DNA of 63,922 nt, filler included, from Octopus bimaculoides (GCF_001194135.2; 6 parts of 6 records of this genome joined end to end with filler, not necessarily neighbours in it); one strand, 5' to 3'. Numbered from the whole stretch's first letter, positions 35,610 through 49,530 are shown. A program made the numbers and translations. The notes: a model not told the origin generated them from the letters alone.

Positions 35610-38600
35610 ATATATATATCTACTAATCCATATCAATCTATCAGTCTATCTATCTCACTATCTCTCTATCTCTCTAACTTTCTCTCTCTCTCTATCCATC
35701 CGTCTAACTATCTATCTATATGTCTGTCTGTATGTATGTATGTATGTATGTATCTATCTATCTATCTATCTATCTATCTACTAATCCATATCTATCTCTC
35801 TCTCTCTCTCTATCTCACACACTCTCTCTCTCTCTCTATCTTTCTATCTACCTATGTCTCCTTCAACTCTTCCTATTCCTCCATGTCCCCTTCTTCATTT
35901 CTCTGTCACATAACAACTTCTCTCCTACGAAATAAAAACTAATGTCACTGACAACACACCTTTTCGCCAACATCTCATCAACGCACCCCCATCCCCTGCA
36001 GCAAATCTACCACACTCACTACTACAACAACAACAACAACAACAACAATGAAGCTACGCAAGCGGACAATTATATTCATTCACAAATCCTGCTACTCGGG
36101 GCACTGTGTATAATGTATTCCCTGTACGTAGCTGTCAGAGTGTTTACATGTGTGTAAGGATCTGTATATGTATGTGTAAATGTGTGTACGTGTGTGTGCA
36201 TGTATATATATNNNNNNNNNNNNNNNNNNNNNNNNNNNNNNNNNNNNNNNNNNNNNNNNNNNNNNNNNNNNNNNNNNNNNNNNNNNNNNNNNNNNNNNNN
36301 NNNNNNNNNNNNNNNNNNNNNNNNNNNNNNNNNNNNNNNNNNNNNNNNNNNNNNNNNNNNNNNNNNNNNNNNNNNNNNNNNNNNNNNNNNNNNNNNNNNN
36401 NNNNNNNNNNNNNNNNNNNNNNNNNNNNNNNNNNNNNNNNNNNNNNNNNNNNNNNNNNNNNNNNNNNNNNNNNNNNNNNNNNNNNNNNNNNNNNNNNNNN
36501 NNNNNNNNNNNNNNNNNNNNNNNNNNNNNNNNNNNNNNNNNNNNNNNNNNNNNNNNNNNNNNNNNNNNNNNNNNNNNNNNNNNNNNNNNNNNNNNNNNNN
36601 NNNNNNNNNNNNNNNNNNNNNNNNNNNNNNNNNNNNNNNNNNNNNNNNNNNNNNNNNNNNNNNNNNNNNNNNNNNNNNNNNNNNNNNNNNNNNNNNNNNN
36701 NNNNNNNNNNNNNNNNNNNNNNNNNNNNNNNNNNNNNNNNNNNNNNNNNNNNNNNNNNNNNNNNNNNNNNNNNNNNNNNNNNNNNNNNNNNNNNNNNNNN
36801 NNNNNNNNNNNNNNNNNNNNNNNNNNNNNNNNNNNNNNNNNNNNNNNNNNNNNNNNNNNNNNNNNNNNNNNNNNNNNNNNNNNNNNNNNNNNNNNNNNNN
36901 NNNNNATATATATGCATGTACGCAGATACATATGTAAATAGATAAATAGATAGATAAATAAACAGGTAGATAGATAGAGTGAGAGAAAAGCATATGATGT
37001 CTGCATGTTGTGCTCTCACATCAGCCATTGCCTATGTGACACCAACTAAAAGCATTCGCATCCGAGAAAAGAAAGCTTCACTTCCTACTTCCTTCTCACA
37101 TCCGTCCCGCTCCCTTACTCCGCATTTCCCCCACCTCTCCAACCCACGCGCCCCATTTCTCTACTACCGTCGTTTCCCCTCATCCTCCACTCCGTTATCC
37201 CGACTGCTCCATCACGCCGCCACCTTGTTTCCCCGGCGCTCTCTTTCTCTATGCAACCAGCAGTGAAGTAATGCTATCTTTTTTTTTTTCCTGTAAAACC
37301 AATATCAACATGAATATATGATCTTGTGTGTCCAACAGCAGATATCTTTGATCAGTTGTCCTTGAAAAATAGGACACGGAAGCAATATTGTCACTGCTTG
37401 ACATCTCTCATAATATTAGATGACTGTGGAATTTGATATGTAAGACTTCGAAGAACGCTTCCTCTAAATCTCTCTCTCCCCTCTGCCCCCCTCTCTCTCT
37501 CTTGTAGGCTTTGGTTGATATCTAATCACATCAAGAAGTTACATCCACATGTTCGTACTTCGCCTCATCCACATTACAGCAAATGCGAAGACACAACCTC
37601 TAGATTTAGATTTTATTTATTTATCATTCCTTTTGTTATCTTTCTGATTTTGATGTTTGTAATGTTCGAGAACTCAACTGTAATCAAAATCACTAGAATT
37701 CGTCTTTTGAGATAAAAGGATTCTTCAGCCTTAATATGTTGGTCACTTTCTGATATATTCAAAGGATGTTCTCGGTGTAATGTACAGTTTATATACTGGC
37801 AAAAAAACCTCTGCTCCATAAGGGAATTCAGAATTTAAATGTATCGGGTATGCTCCTACATAAGCAAAAATATACCGGACCCATATTAGAATACAGGTAC
37901 CATACACCGGATGGTACATTTGCTATACAGACAAAACCATTCTTGACCTAAAATGGAATATAGTCCTCTCTCTGGAGCGGTGTTGCTCTCATATTGACAA
38001 ACATATCCTAAGATCGGAAGAGCGTCATGTAGNNNNNNNNNNNNNNNNNNNNNNNNNNNNNNNNNNNNNNNNNNNNNNNNNNNNNNNNNNNNNNNNNNNN
38101 NNNNNNNNNNNNNNNNNNNNNNNNNNNNNNNNNNNNNNNNNNNNNNNNNNNNNNNNNNNNNNNNNNNNNNNNNNNNNNNNNNNNNNNNNNNNNNNNNNNN
38201 NNNNNNNNNNNNNNNNNNATCAAAAATAAAAGCAGGTAAACAACAAAAGTAAAAAAAATGGTGTACACAGTAAATGTATGAGATTGACGCCTCGGAGAGA
38301 GTTTACGATGGGAGAGAGAGAGGGGGAGTGACGTCTCGAGCACGGCTCTTCGTCGGAAAGTGGAAAGAATAAAATGTCCGGGGACAAGAAAAAGAATGGT
38401 CCGAGAAAAACACCTCTAACGTTGCAAACATATGGTTTATCAAATAACTTCAAAAGAGGCCGGTTTTGGTCTGCGTAGGCAAGATTTATATCATGTGATG
38501 TAATCCATATAAATATTGCACTCAACATGGGATGCGTGAGAAAATCTAACGTTTCGTATATAGTCCTTCTTCAGAGTAGGTTAAAAGTGACACAGTGGAG

Positions 38601-39153
38601 TTGCAGAAAAACAAAAAGAAAATGGCTTCTTTATATACATTCGTCATACTTACATACATATATACATGCTTGCCGCCACACGTATACAAATATGGATAGG
38701 CATATATATGAATGGGAAGGAAGAATATATCGAGCGAGAGAGAGATGTAGGAGGCTGGAAGAGAGAGACATGGGATTGAACCTACAAGGTCCACGTCCAA
38801 AGTCTGATAGTGAAAATCTGTGTGCGTACGTATGAATGAATGATCGCGCGCGCGCGTGTGTGTATGTGTGTGTGTGCATGTGTGTGCGCGTACGTGTAAT
38901 TTCCTCTTTCTAGCTCTCTCTCTCTCTCTCTCTCTCTCTGACTCTCTCTCTCTCTCTCTGACTCTCTCTCTCTCTCTGACTCTCTCTTTCTCTCTGTCTG
39001 ACTCTCTCTCGCACTCTGACTCTCTCTCTCTATCTCATTATCTCTCTCTCTTATCATTCACACACACACGCACACACACACACAAACACATGTATGTATG
39101 TATGTATATATGCATATGTGTGTGTATGTATCTATGTGTGTGTTAATGTACGT

Positions 39154-39184
<31 letters not shown>

Positions 39185-39597
39185 CTATACGTGTATATAT
39201 ATATGCAATGAAAATACGTACACAAACATATATATATATACATACATAGACATACATACACACATATATGCATACGTACACGCGTATATACGTATACATG
39301 GATGTTTGATTCGTGACAATATTGAACTGTGTCTGTGTGTGCATGAGTATGTGTGCGCGCAGATGCGTTTATGTACGTTAGAACCCGTACATATAGGCGC
39401 GCGTTTGGTGTGTGTGCGTATCCGTGTGTGCGTGCATGTGTGTGTGTGTGTGGTGGGTATTTGGTTCTATGTGTGTATGTGTGAGGCTGCTTAAAAATAA
39501 GAAAGTAACGGTCATACAAATGTATTTAATGAGCACCAGTGCGAGATAGAGCGCCGGTGGGGGGCGAGATCGATCGATCGATAGCTAGATAGAGAAA

Positions 39598-39634
<37 letters not shown>

Positions 39635-39977
39635 GGAGAGAGAGGGAGGAGAAAGAGACAAGGTGAGAATGAGAGGGAGAGAAATAAAGATGAATTGTTG
39701 AAAGAATACGGAAGACAGAAGACAGGAAGCGAAGAATAACATGAAAAGGATGAAGATGCTATTGAAGACGCATGGGATGATGATGATGATGACGATGATG
39801 ATGATGATGATGATGACGATGATGATGATGATGATGATGATGATGTTGATGATGATCATGATGATGATGATGGGGAAGAATGAAACGGTGAACAAAATAG
39901 CTATACACGGGGAGAAAAACAGATCACTTTACATCACACACACACATACACACACACATATATATATATATATATCA

Positions 39978-40340
39978 CGGCCATGCTGGGGCACTGCCTT
40001 GAATGCTTTAGTTGCAAAAAATCGACCCCAGTCAGTGTTTAAAACCTGCTACTTATTTTATCGGTCGTTTTTTGCCGAACCACTAGCATCACAGGGACGT
40101 AAACACACCAATTCTCATTGTCAAGTTGTGGCGGGCGACAAACACTTGCACAAATCCCCACCCCCTTACACACACACGCATACACCCACACACACACGTA
40201 CACAGATACGCACACATATATATAGAAAAATGTAGAGTACTAAGGCGGCGCGGTAGCAGAAACGTTAGTACGCCGGGCGAAATGCTTAGTGGTATTTCGT
40301 CTGTCTTTACGCTCAAATCCTGCAGAGGTTCACTTTACCC
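39978..40340. mobile_element. Family B tail fragment (-, about 39978-40145) and family A head fragment (+, about 40244-40340)
   Basis: GCCATGCTGGGGCACTGCC...TTTTGCCGAACC; GGCGGCGCGGTAGCAGAAACGTTAGTACGCCGGGCG. Confidence 0.75.
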
Positions 40341-40418
40341 GTCATAAGCACTGGACCATTGCGCCTCCACTATATATATACAGCAATACAGATGCAGAGG
40401 CACACGCACACGCATTCT

Positions 40419-40452
<34 letters not shown>

Positions 40453-41058
40453 NNNNNNNNNNNNNNNNNNNNNNNNNNNNNNNNNNNNNNNNNNNNNNNN
40501 NNNNNNNNNNNNNNNNNNNNNNNNNNNNNNNNNNNNNNNNNNNNNNNNNNNNNNNNNNNNNNNNNNNNNNNNNNNNNNNNNNNNNNNNNNNNNNNNNNNN
40601 NNNNNNNNNNNNNNNNNNNNNNNNNNNNNNNNNNNNNNNNNNNNNNNNNNNNNNNNNNNNNNNNNNNNNNNNNNNNNNNNNNNNNNNNNNNNNNNNNNNN
40701 NNNNNNNNNNNNNNNNNNNNNNNNNNNNNNNNNNNNNNNNNNNNNNNNNNNNNNNNNNNNNNNNNNNNNNNNNNNNNNNNNNNNNNNNNNNNNNNNNNNN
40801 NNNNNNNNNNNNNNNNNNNNNNNNNNNNNNNNNNNNNNNNNNNNNNNNNNNNNNNNNNNNNNNNNNNNNNNNNNNNNNNNNNNNNNNNNNNNNNNNNNNN
40901 NNNNNNNNNNNNNNNNNNNNNNNNNNNNNNNNNNNNNNNNNNNNNNNNNNNNNNNNNNNNNNNNNNNNNNNNNNNNNNNNNNNNNNNNNNNNNNNNNNNN
41001 NNNNNNNNNNNNNNNNNNNNNNNNNNNNNNNNNNNNNNNNNNNNNNNNNNNNNNNNNN

Positions 41059-41111
<53 letters not shown>

Positions 41112-41198
41112 GTCTGTCTGTATGTCTGTCTGTCTGTCCCTCGCTGTATCTGTCTCTCTCTCTCCCTGTCTCTGCCTCGCTCTGTCTGTCTATCAGTC

Positions 41199-41247
<49 letters not shown>

Positions 41248-41317
41248 GAATGGAGAAAGGAAGAGAGAGGGAGGGAGAGAGAGAATGAGGAGAGTGCATA
41301 GGGTTCTATAGTGAATT

Positions 41318-41351
<34 letters not shown>

Positions 41352-41575
41352 ATGCATGTACGTGTGTGCATGCACGCGTGTGTGTGAGTGTGTCTGTCCC
41401 CGTACAGTGAACGAATGGATCACCGAATCGATTCGATCACGAGTATTATACCTGTTTGAACAACTTAATTACCCACTAATTGAATCGTAGTATACGTGAC
41501 TTGGGATTCGACGGACACATGCGCCTGATACTACATATATGCACGCACACACACACAGGTATGTGTGTGTATAGG

Positions 41576-41770
41576 ACAGGGGGTGCTGAAAAGTTCTCGG
41601 CTTTAAGAATATCGCAAAAGGCCCGGCTGGAGCCCCAACCTTCTGAGTTCTTTTTACAGGGCTTAGAAAAACTGGAGGACGGCCGCGATAGGGGCGTGAA
41701 TCTGAGAGGGGAATATTCTGAATAAAATCATAATTTACTCATCTTCCTCCATTTTCTTTTACTCAAAGCA
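41576..41770 (+). mobile_element. Mariner-derived MITE, right end truncated
   Basis: GGGGGTGCTGAAAAGTT terminus and internal sequence shared with 49060-49237. Confidence 0.7.
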
Positions 41771-41799
41771 ATGGAGGGGACAAACACAAACAGGGTGAC

Positions 41800-41833
<34 letters not shown>

Positions 41834-42089
41834 CACATACGCGTGTGTGTGTGTCTGCACACACAGGGTCAAATCTGTTCAATTGATAGTGATATCATGC
41901 TGTAAAACCATATTCCATAATAAGTTACTTGAAATGCCGTAAAGGACGGAGAGTTGAAATATTCCTGTCTTATCTTTGAATCGAAAGCAGAGAGTACCAG
42001 GCTGACACGACCATTGTCTTACACTTCTTTCTGCCAATGAACTAGAAAGTAAATTAACATTTCCGTCTCTCTTTAGATTCTTCTGAAGA

Positions 42090-43370
42090 GCAACAACGTC
42101 AAACTAACAATACTTTCTTTAGAATCTCCGTTAAATTGCAAACCCCCAGGTTAAACAACTTTCTATCCTGTAAAGGGCAACAACAAAAGGAAAAAGGCAG
42201 CCTTAGAGCAGCGTTTTTGTTTGTTCCTCTTTGCAGCTATGAAGAAAACGCCGAGCAGATATCACTTTCGTCTTTCTCTTCTGTCAGTTAAAGGGCAAGA
42301 AAGCAGGCTAACAAAACCTCTCAAAGACTTTATACTCTCCTTTGAGAGTGAAATTAACGTGCAAGTGGCTGAGCACTCCACAGACACGTGTACCCTTAAC
42401 GTAGTTCTCGGGGATATTCAGCGTGACACAAGGTATGACAAGGCTGACCCTTTGAATTACAGGCGCAACAGAAACAGGAAGTAAGAGTGAGAGAAAGTTG
42501 TGGTGAAAGAGTACAGCAGGGTTCGCCACCATCCCCTGCCGGAGCCACGTCGAGCATTAGGTGTTTTTGCTCAATAAACACTCACAGCGCCCGGTCTGGG
42601 AAATGAAACCGCGATCCTATGACCACGAGTCCGCTGGCCTAACCACTGGGCCACTGCGCCTCTACTCTGAACTGGGTAGACAAGTAGCAAAGCCTGACTA
42701 ACAACATTTTGTTTTCTTTAAACGCTGCTGACGTCAACAGCTCGAAGCTACGAAATACTAATATTTCAGTTACTCTCTCGTCAATGGCATCGCTTTTCAC
42801 TGCTCTTTTTTTGAAATGGTAGCACAATGAAACTGACAATATCTGATATTCTCTACTCTTTAAAAAAGTACCAAAGTCAGACTAACATTAACAACTTTGT
42901 CTTGCACCGTAGGCCTTAGCAACGTAGCAACACCAAACCGAGAACATCATCATGATTGTTTACGCTCTGCTGGAGAGTGACAACCCAGGATAACAACACA
43001 ACTGTTCACTACTCCTATGTGGGGAGACCGCGGGGTGGTGCAACCAAACTAACAACATCTTTGTCACACTGTACACTTTGTTAAAGACAAGCAAAGGCAG
43101 ATCGACTTTGTCTTCAATTACATATCATGGAAGAGTGACAGCACCGGATGAATAACAATTTCCAGCTTTCTCTGTTTTCAGTTGAAAAGCAAGAATGTCC
43201 GGCCAACAACAACAACACCACCATTCTCTACACCGTGTTGGGAGGCATCGCCGTCTGACGGCAACAGCACCAAGCTAACAATACGTTCGTCATTCTCTAC
43301 TTGAAGGGCAAGAAGCTTAAACGGCAATCGAAATTATCGATTTTCTATAAAATCTCCTCTGGATTAAATC
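42090..43370. repeat. Highly diverged tandem array, about 50-58 bp unit, interrupted by a SINE
   Basis: Recurrent CA(G/A)ACTAACAAC..TTTGTC.TTCTCTAC.CTG motif about every 50-58 bp, judged by eye. Confidence 0.5.
42348..42665 (-). mobile_element. tRNA-derived SINE family C
   Basis: Head GAGGCGCAGTGGCCCAGTGGTTAGGCCAGCGGACTCGTGG...GGTTTCATTTCCCAGACC; near-identical to 52384-52830. Confidence 0.9.
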
Positions 43371-43404
43371 TTACTGATGTGCAGTTCCTCACTAGTTTCT
43401 TCGC

Positions 43405-43408
43405 GTTA

Positions 43409-43476
<68 letters not shown>

Positions 43477-43688
43477 AATAATAATAATAATAACAATAGA
43501 AATAATAAAAATAAAAATAATAATAATGTTAATGATAATAATAATAGTAATAATAATAATAATAATAATAATCATAATAATAATAATAATAGTAATAATA
43601 ACAATAGTAATAAAAAAAATAAAAATAATAATAGTAATAATAAAAATAATAATAATCATAGTAATAATAATAAAAATAATAAAAATAA

Positions 43689-43732
<44 letters not shown>

Positions 43733-43736
43733 ATAT

Positions 43737-43778
<42 letters not shown>

Positions 43779-43810
43779 AAGTAGTAGTAGTAATAATAAT
43801 AATAATAATG
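43405..43810. repeat. Compound microsatellite (TTA)n-(TAA)n-(TAG)n
   Basis: Directly visible; strand switch from TTA to TAA at about 43473. Confidence 0.95.
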
Positions 43811-44311
43811 ATGGTATGAACACGAAACAGAGGCTGAAATGGAAAATGAGAATGGAAAGATCTTGTGGGATTTTCCCCATAAAGAATGACCAAACAATTG
43901 AAGGAAGAAGGACGGAGCTGATCACAGAGGACAAAATAAACAGCGTCAGATCATAGACTTTGCAATTCCCTGTGATAGCAGAGTCAATACCGAATAAATG
44001 GAAGTAATTGAGAAATATCAGGATCTGGCCAAAGAGCTGAGAAGAAAACTGTGGAAGCGCAAGACAGCGATTATTATTCCTGTAGGAATTTTGGCACAAC
44101 ACCCAAAATGAGTTGTTCAAAAACCCAAAAACAAAAACGAAGTAAAATAAATTGGAGTTGAAACTCGCATTGTCGACCTGCACAACAAATGTTCCGTACG
44201 TTCTATATTCTGCAAGAAGCATAAGAGAAAGATTGCTGAGGTTTGAGGAGACTTGTTGTCACCAAAACTCAAGATAAAACATCTACTAAATATATTGGCA
44301 TACGGTAGCAT
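43810..44311 (+). mobile_element. R4/Dong-like LINE 3' fragment (restriction-like endonuclease domain)
   Basis: WYEHE..ENENGKILWDF, IIDFAIPCDSRV, IEKYQDLAKELRRKLWK; bounded by TAA/CAA repeats. Confidence 0.8.
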
Positions 44312-44343
44312 AACAACAACAACAACGCCAATAATAATAATAA

Positions 44344-44487
44344 TACAGTACTATATTTAAGAGATGAGGAATTATGTTTATTATTTACATTATTTACATT
44401 TGACGGATATTTGTCTTCATCTTGTTTGTTGTTAACACAACGTTTCGGTTGATATGCCCTCCAGCCCTCATCAGGCGTGTTGCGGAA

Positions 44488-44490
<3 letters not shown>
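44344..44490 (-). mobile_element. Family D SINE copy E (tail only)
   Basis: Minus strand CCTGATGAGGGCTGG...CAACCGAAACGTTGTGTT...CTCTTAAATATAGTACTGTA(TTA)n. Confidence 0.85.
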
Positions 44491-44561
<71 letters not shown>

Positions 44562-44963
44562 TGAAAGATAGATAAATTGAGAGACATATTTAGATATTGA
44601 TAGATATAGGTAGATAGATTGATGGATAAATAGATAGATAGATTCATAGACAGATATAGATTTAATTAGTTGGATAAATATAAATAGTTGGGTAGATGGA
44701 TAGATAAATAGACAGTTATATAGATATGGATATAGATAGATGGATGAATGGATGAATAAATGGTTTGAAATCTTCATATCTTCATAGGCGGAAAGATAGA
44801 TAAATAGATAGATGAATAGTTATAGATTTAGAAAAAAACAGATGGATAGATTGATAAATAGGGCGATGGATGGATGGAGAGATAGATAGATAGATAGCTA
44901 GATAGATAGATGGATAGATAGGTGGATAGAAAGACAGGAAGGTAGAGAGACACAAAGAGACAC

Positions 44964-45041
<78 letters not shown>

Positions 45042-45814
45042 ACGCAATGATTATCATCATCAATATTATCGCCATGTTCATCATCATCATCATCATCACC
45101 GTTATCATCACCGTTATCGTCATCTTCTACATTCGCATGTTATGACCACCACAAACTTCTCTGGAAATCAGGCAAAAGACAATGTAATCCTTAAACGCAC
45201 GGCAAGCACAGTGCTGGCACGCTTCCGCTTACACGTGCGTGCGTATGTGTAAGTTTTGTATGTTTGTGTTCGTGTATATGTGTGCCTGTGTTTGTGTGTG
45301 AGTGTGTGTATGTGTGGAGGGTGTTTAGGGAGTGATTGGGAGAAATAAGGGGAAATGAAGGGAGAATGAACGAAATATGTTTTTGTTTGTAATAATTAAA
45401 TATACGACAGGATATTTTAATGAAATTATGTGGACGTGTAAGTATGTATATATGTGTGTATATGCATGCACACAAACACACATACAGAGACTTATATATG
45501 TGTACATACACACATAGATATATAAATGCGTACGCACACACACACGGCCACACGCATACACTCACGTGTGCATTACACGTCCACCCACATATGTACACAA
45601 AGCGTACATGTATGTTTATTATGTGTTCATATTTATAGAACCTTGTTCGGAATACACGTACGATCGTGCAGACATACACATCTGTCAGCGCCTTCCGTAC
45701 AACACCCTCATGCACTTACACACACAGAGTACCATACACACATACGCACACAGGTATGTGTGTGTATATATATATATGTATATAAATACACATAACACAC
45801 ACCACACACACACT

Positions 45815-45886
<72 letters not shown>

Positions 45887-46179
45887 TTTAAAATACAGAG
45901 ATGCCTGTAATAGGACATCTAATATATATATATATATATATATATACTGTATATATGTATATATATATACTGTATACATATATACTGTAATATATATGCA
46001 CACATATATACATATATACATATATACATATATACATATATACATATATACATATATACATATATGTATGTATGTATGTATATATATACACATACACACA
46101 CAAACACACATTCAAATACACATACACACACACACACTCACACACATATATATATATATATTAACACATAGACAAATAT

Positions 46180-46219
<40 letters not shown>

Positions 46220-46261
46220 GCACAACCAAATGTATATATGTGTGTGTGTGTGTGAGTGTGT

Positions 46262-46310
<49 letters not shown>

Positions 46311-46598
46311 CATACGTAGACGTACTACACACACACGCTCACTCGTACTCGCGGAGACACCTATACATAATATAAAATATTGATTTCTGATTTTGGCACA
46401 AGGCCAGTATCTCTGTTGGGAGGAAGGTATATCGATTTATTAACGGTGTTCACGCTTGACTTATCCCCCCCACATCCGACCGACACCATTAACACACCCA
46501 CCCCATCATACTTTACTGATATTTATTTCATCACCACCCCCTTGAGATTCGAACTCTGCTCGCAAAACATATGTAAGTAAATAATTATTTATCTACAC

Positions 46599-46784
46599 AG
46601 CGCATGTGTGGCTTTGTGGTAAGAAGCTTGCTTCTCAACGACAAGCTTTGGAGTTCAGTTCTACCGCGTGGCACCTTGGATAATTATTTTTTACTATAAC
46701 CTCGGGCCGTCCAAATCTGTGCGAGTGGATTTGGTAGATGGCAACTGTATATATATATATATATATATATATATNNNNNNNNNN

Positions 46785-46830
<46 letters not shown>

Positions 46831-47034
46831 GTGTGTGTGTATCTGTGTGTGTGTCCTTGCGTCTGTGCTTGTCTCCCACCACCGCTTGAAAACCGGTGTT
46901 GGTTTGTTTACGTTTCCCTAAAAGAGACCGACAGAAGGAGCACCATGGTTAAAAGAAAAACCTACTGCGGTCGATTCATTTTGCAATGCCATGCCCCAGT
47001 ATGACCGCAGTGTAATGAGCGAATGAAGTAAAAG
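46599..47034 (+). mobile_element. SINE family B
   Basis: Head, internal (TA)n and tail present, diverged. Confidence 0.85.
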
Positions 47035-47339
47035 ACAGCCATCGTCCGGGTTCCCGTGCCCAGTAGAAGGAGGAAGATGGTTGAATACGTTTTCTCCGTG
47101 TAATATTCCTTGGGTGGACTCAAGTATACCCGAAATGTTCATGTTAAGAGATACCTTTCGCAGTCATTAGGTACCTCTGTTGGTCTCACTGTGTATCACG
47201 TGACAAGTTCTATCTGATGATACGCTAACGATACTGTGCCATCAAATTCACTCCAAAGACTTTGGCGAAATTTATCGTCGGTTCTACCCAACGTTTTCGA
47301 TCGCAAATGATTAGACGATTTTGTTTGTGTCCATCTGCG

Positions 47340-47852
47340 CGTGCAGAAGAATCATTGCGACAAGCGCACAATAATTTTTGCAACGTGCGCACAAATATCC
47401 TTACAACCAGCGCCTAAAAATCTTTGCTTCGCGGGCCCAAAACGCTTGGCAACGAATGCAGAAGAGTCCTTGATGCGGTACACAGAACGTTTTGAACGAG
47501 CGCACAAAAATCTTTGCATTGGGCACACAAAAATCTTTGCAACGAGCGCACAGAAACTTTTGCAACGTGTGCACAAAAATCTTTACAACGAGCGCACAAA
47601 AATCTTTGCAAACTGCGCACAAATGTTTTGCAACGAGCGCACAAAAATGTTTGCATTGAGCGCACAAAAATCTTTGCATTGAGTGCACAAATTCTTTGCA
47701 GTGAGTGCACTGAAGTTTTTGCAATGAGCACACAAATATCTTTGCAACGAGCGCACAGAAACTATTGCAACGTGTGCACAAATTGTTTGCAGTGAGCACA
47801 CGAAACTCTAAGCAAAGAGTGCACAAACATGTTTACAACGAGCGCACAAAAA
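47340..47852. repeat. 23-bp minisatellite, about 22 copies
   Basis: Consensus CAACGAGCGCACAAAAATCTTTG; central units are the most homogeneous. Confidence 0.92.
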
Positions 47853-48262
47853 TTGCTAATAAAAACGAAGGCGTGCACATAAAACGTCGCCTAATTATTT
47901 ATAACATAGCATGAAGTCATGGATTTTGGGGAGAAATTTAGTGGATGAGTATCGAAGCCAGTGCTTCATCGAACTTTTATTTTATTGACCTCAAAATGAT
48001 TACAAAATTTGTCTTCCGGTGGATTTCAACTAGGAAGGAAAAAATCCGAAATAATTACAACAGTGCGTTGGGTTTGACCTTCTAAAGATTCTGCTCCACT
48101 TAGAAATAACAGCTACATTTCTTAACACCACATTATTGTATTTTGAATGTGGAGGAACAGATGATTTAATGTAATTTGAGATATGCCAGCAGTCGGAGAT
48201 TTTCAGGTTTCAAATGTTTTCGATCACATTCCTGATCTGGCGCTAAACAACAACAACAATAA

Positions 48263-48928
48263 TCATTTCTATTTTAGGCACAATGCCTGAAATTTAGAGA
48301 GAGGGGACTAGTCGATTTCATCGAACCAGTGTTTAACGGGTACTTAATTTATCGACCCCGAAAGGATGAAAGACAACATCAACCTCGGGGGAATTTGAAC
48401 TCAGAACGTAGCGACGGGCGAAATACATCTAAGCGTTTCGTCCAACGTGCTCACGATCCAGCCTGCTAGCCGGCTTCAACGACAGCAATAATAACAACAA
48501 TATTCATATGAAAGGTACCTCATTCGAAGAAATAAAGCAGAACACTGTGCTCAAAGCAAGAAAAGGTAATGATTGGTGAAACACTCTTGAGCTTAACTCT
48601 TTACAATCAGAATTCACCTCGTGGCAAGGAAATGCAACAGACAAGTACACATATGTACTGAAAAAGAGTACGCAGGCTGTGTTTGCTTCGCGAACCAAGA
48701 AATAAGAATCGTTAGCATTCTTATTTCTTTATTGCCCACAAGGGGCTAAACATAGAGGGGACAAAGAAGGACAGACAAAGGGCTTAAGTCGATTACATCG
48801 ACCCCAGTGCGTAACTGGTACTTATTTAATCAACTCCGAAAGGATAAAAAGCAAGCTCGACTTCGGTGGAATTTGAACTCAGAACTAAGCATTTCGCCCG
48901 GCATGCTAACGCTTCTGCCAGCTCGCCA
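48263..48928 (-). mobile_element. Two family A SINEs (about 48263-48477 alternative tail; about 48721-48928 standard tail with internal deletion)
   Basis: Diagnostic GGTACTTA(A/T)TT..ATC.AC.CCGAAAGGAT and AATTTGAACTCAGAAC blocks. Confidence 0.85.
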
Positions 48929-49018
48929 CATTGCCTTCGATGATAATACTTATAGAACAATAAATATACGGCCGGCACTTAGGTTTATCGTTGGTATTAC
49001 GAACCTCCCGAGATGAAA

Positions 49019-49059
<41 letters not shown>

Positions 49060-49061
<2 letters not shown>

Positions 49062-49235
49062 CGAAGGGGTGCAGAAAAGTTATTGGCTTTAAATGTGTCG
49101 CGAAAGTGGTGGTTGGAGGCCAGCCTTCCGAATTCTTTTATAGGGCTTACAAAATCAGAACAACGCTGCAATAAGTGTGTGAATAAAAGTATAATTTTCT
49201 TTTACCCAAAGCCCTTAACTTTTCAGCACCACTCG

Positions 49236-49237
<2 letters not shown>
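49060..49237. mobile_element. Mariner-derived MITE inserted at a TA within (TATC)n
   Basis: TACGAAGGGGTGCAGAAAAGTT ... AACTTTTCAGCACCACTCGTA are imperfect TIRs; (TATC)n on both sides. Confidence 0.85.
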
Positions 49238-49297
<60 letters not shown>

Positions 49298-49479
49298 AGC
49301 TTATACTCACGGACTCTCCCTTAAACGTTAATATGTTCATATTTACATATATAAATACTTTTCTTTATATANNNNNNNNNNNNNNNNNNNNNNNNNNNNN
49401 NNNNNNNNNNNNNNNNNNNNNNNNNNNNNNNNNNNNNNNNNNNNNNNNNNNNNNNNNNNNNNNNNNNNNNNNNNNNNNN

Positions 49480-49530
<51 letters not shown>

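Noticed and set aside
47341-47826. Overlapping Cys-rich repeat ORFs resembling zinc-finger or metallothionein proteins
   Set aside because: The 23-bp unit is not a multiple of 3 and several frames on both strands are open; explained by the minisatellite.
47340-47852. Possible CRISPR-like array
   Set aside because: Units are contiguous with no unique spacers, no cas genes are present, and the context is eukaryotic. The same applies to 14921-15064 and 42090-43370.
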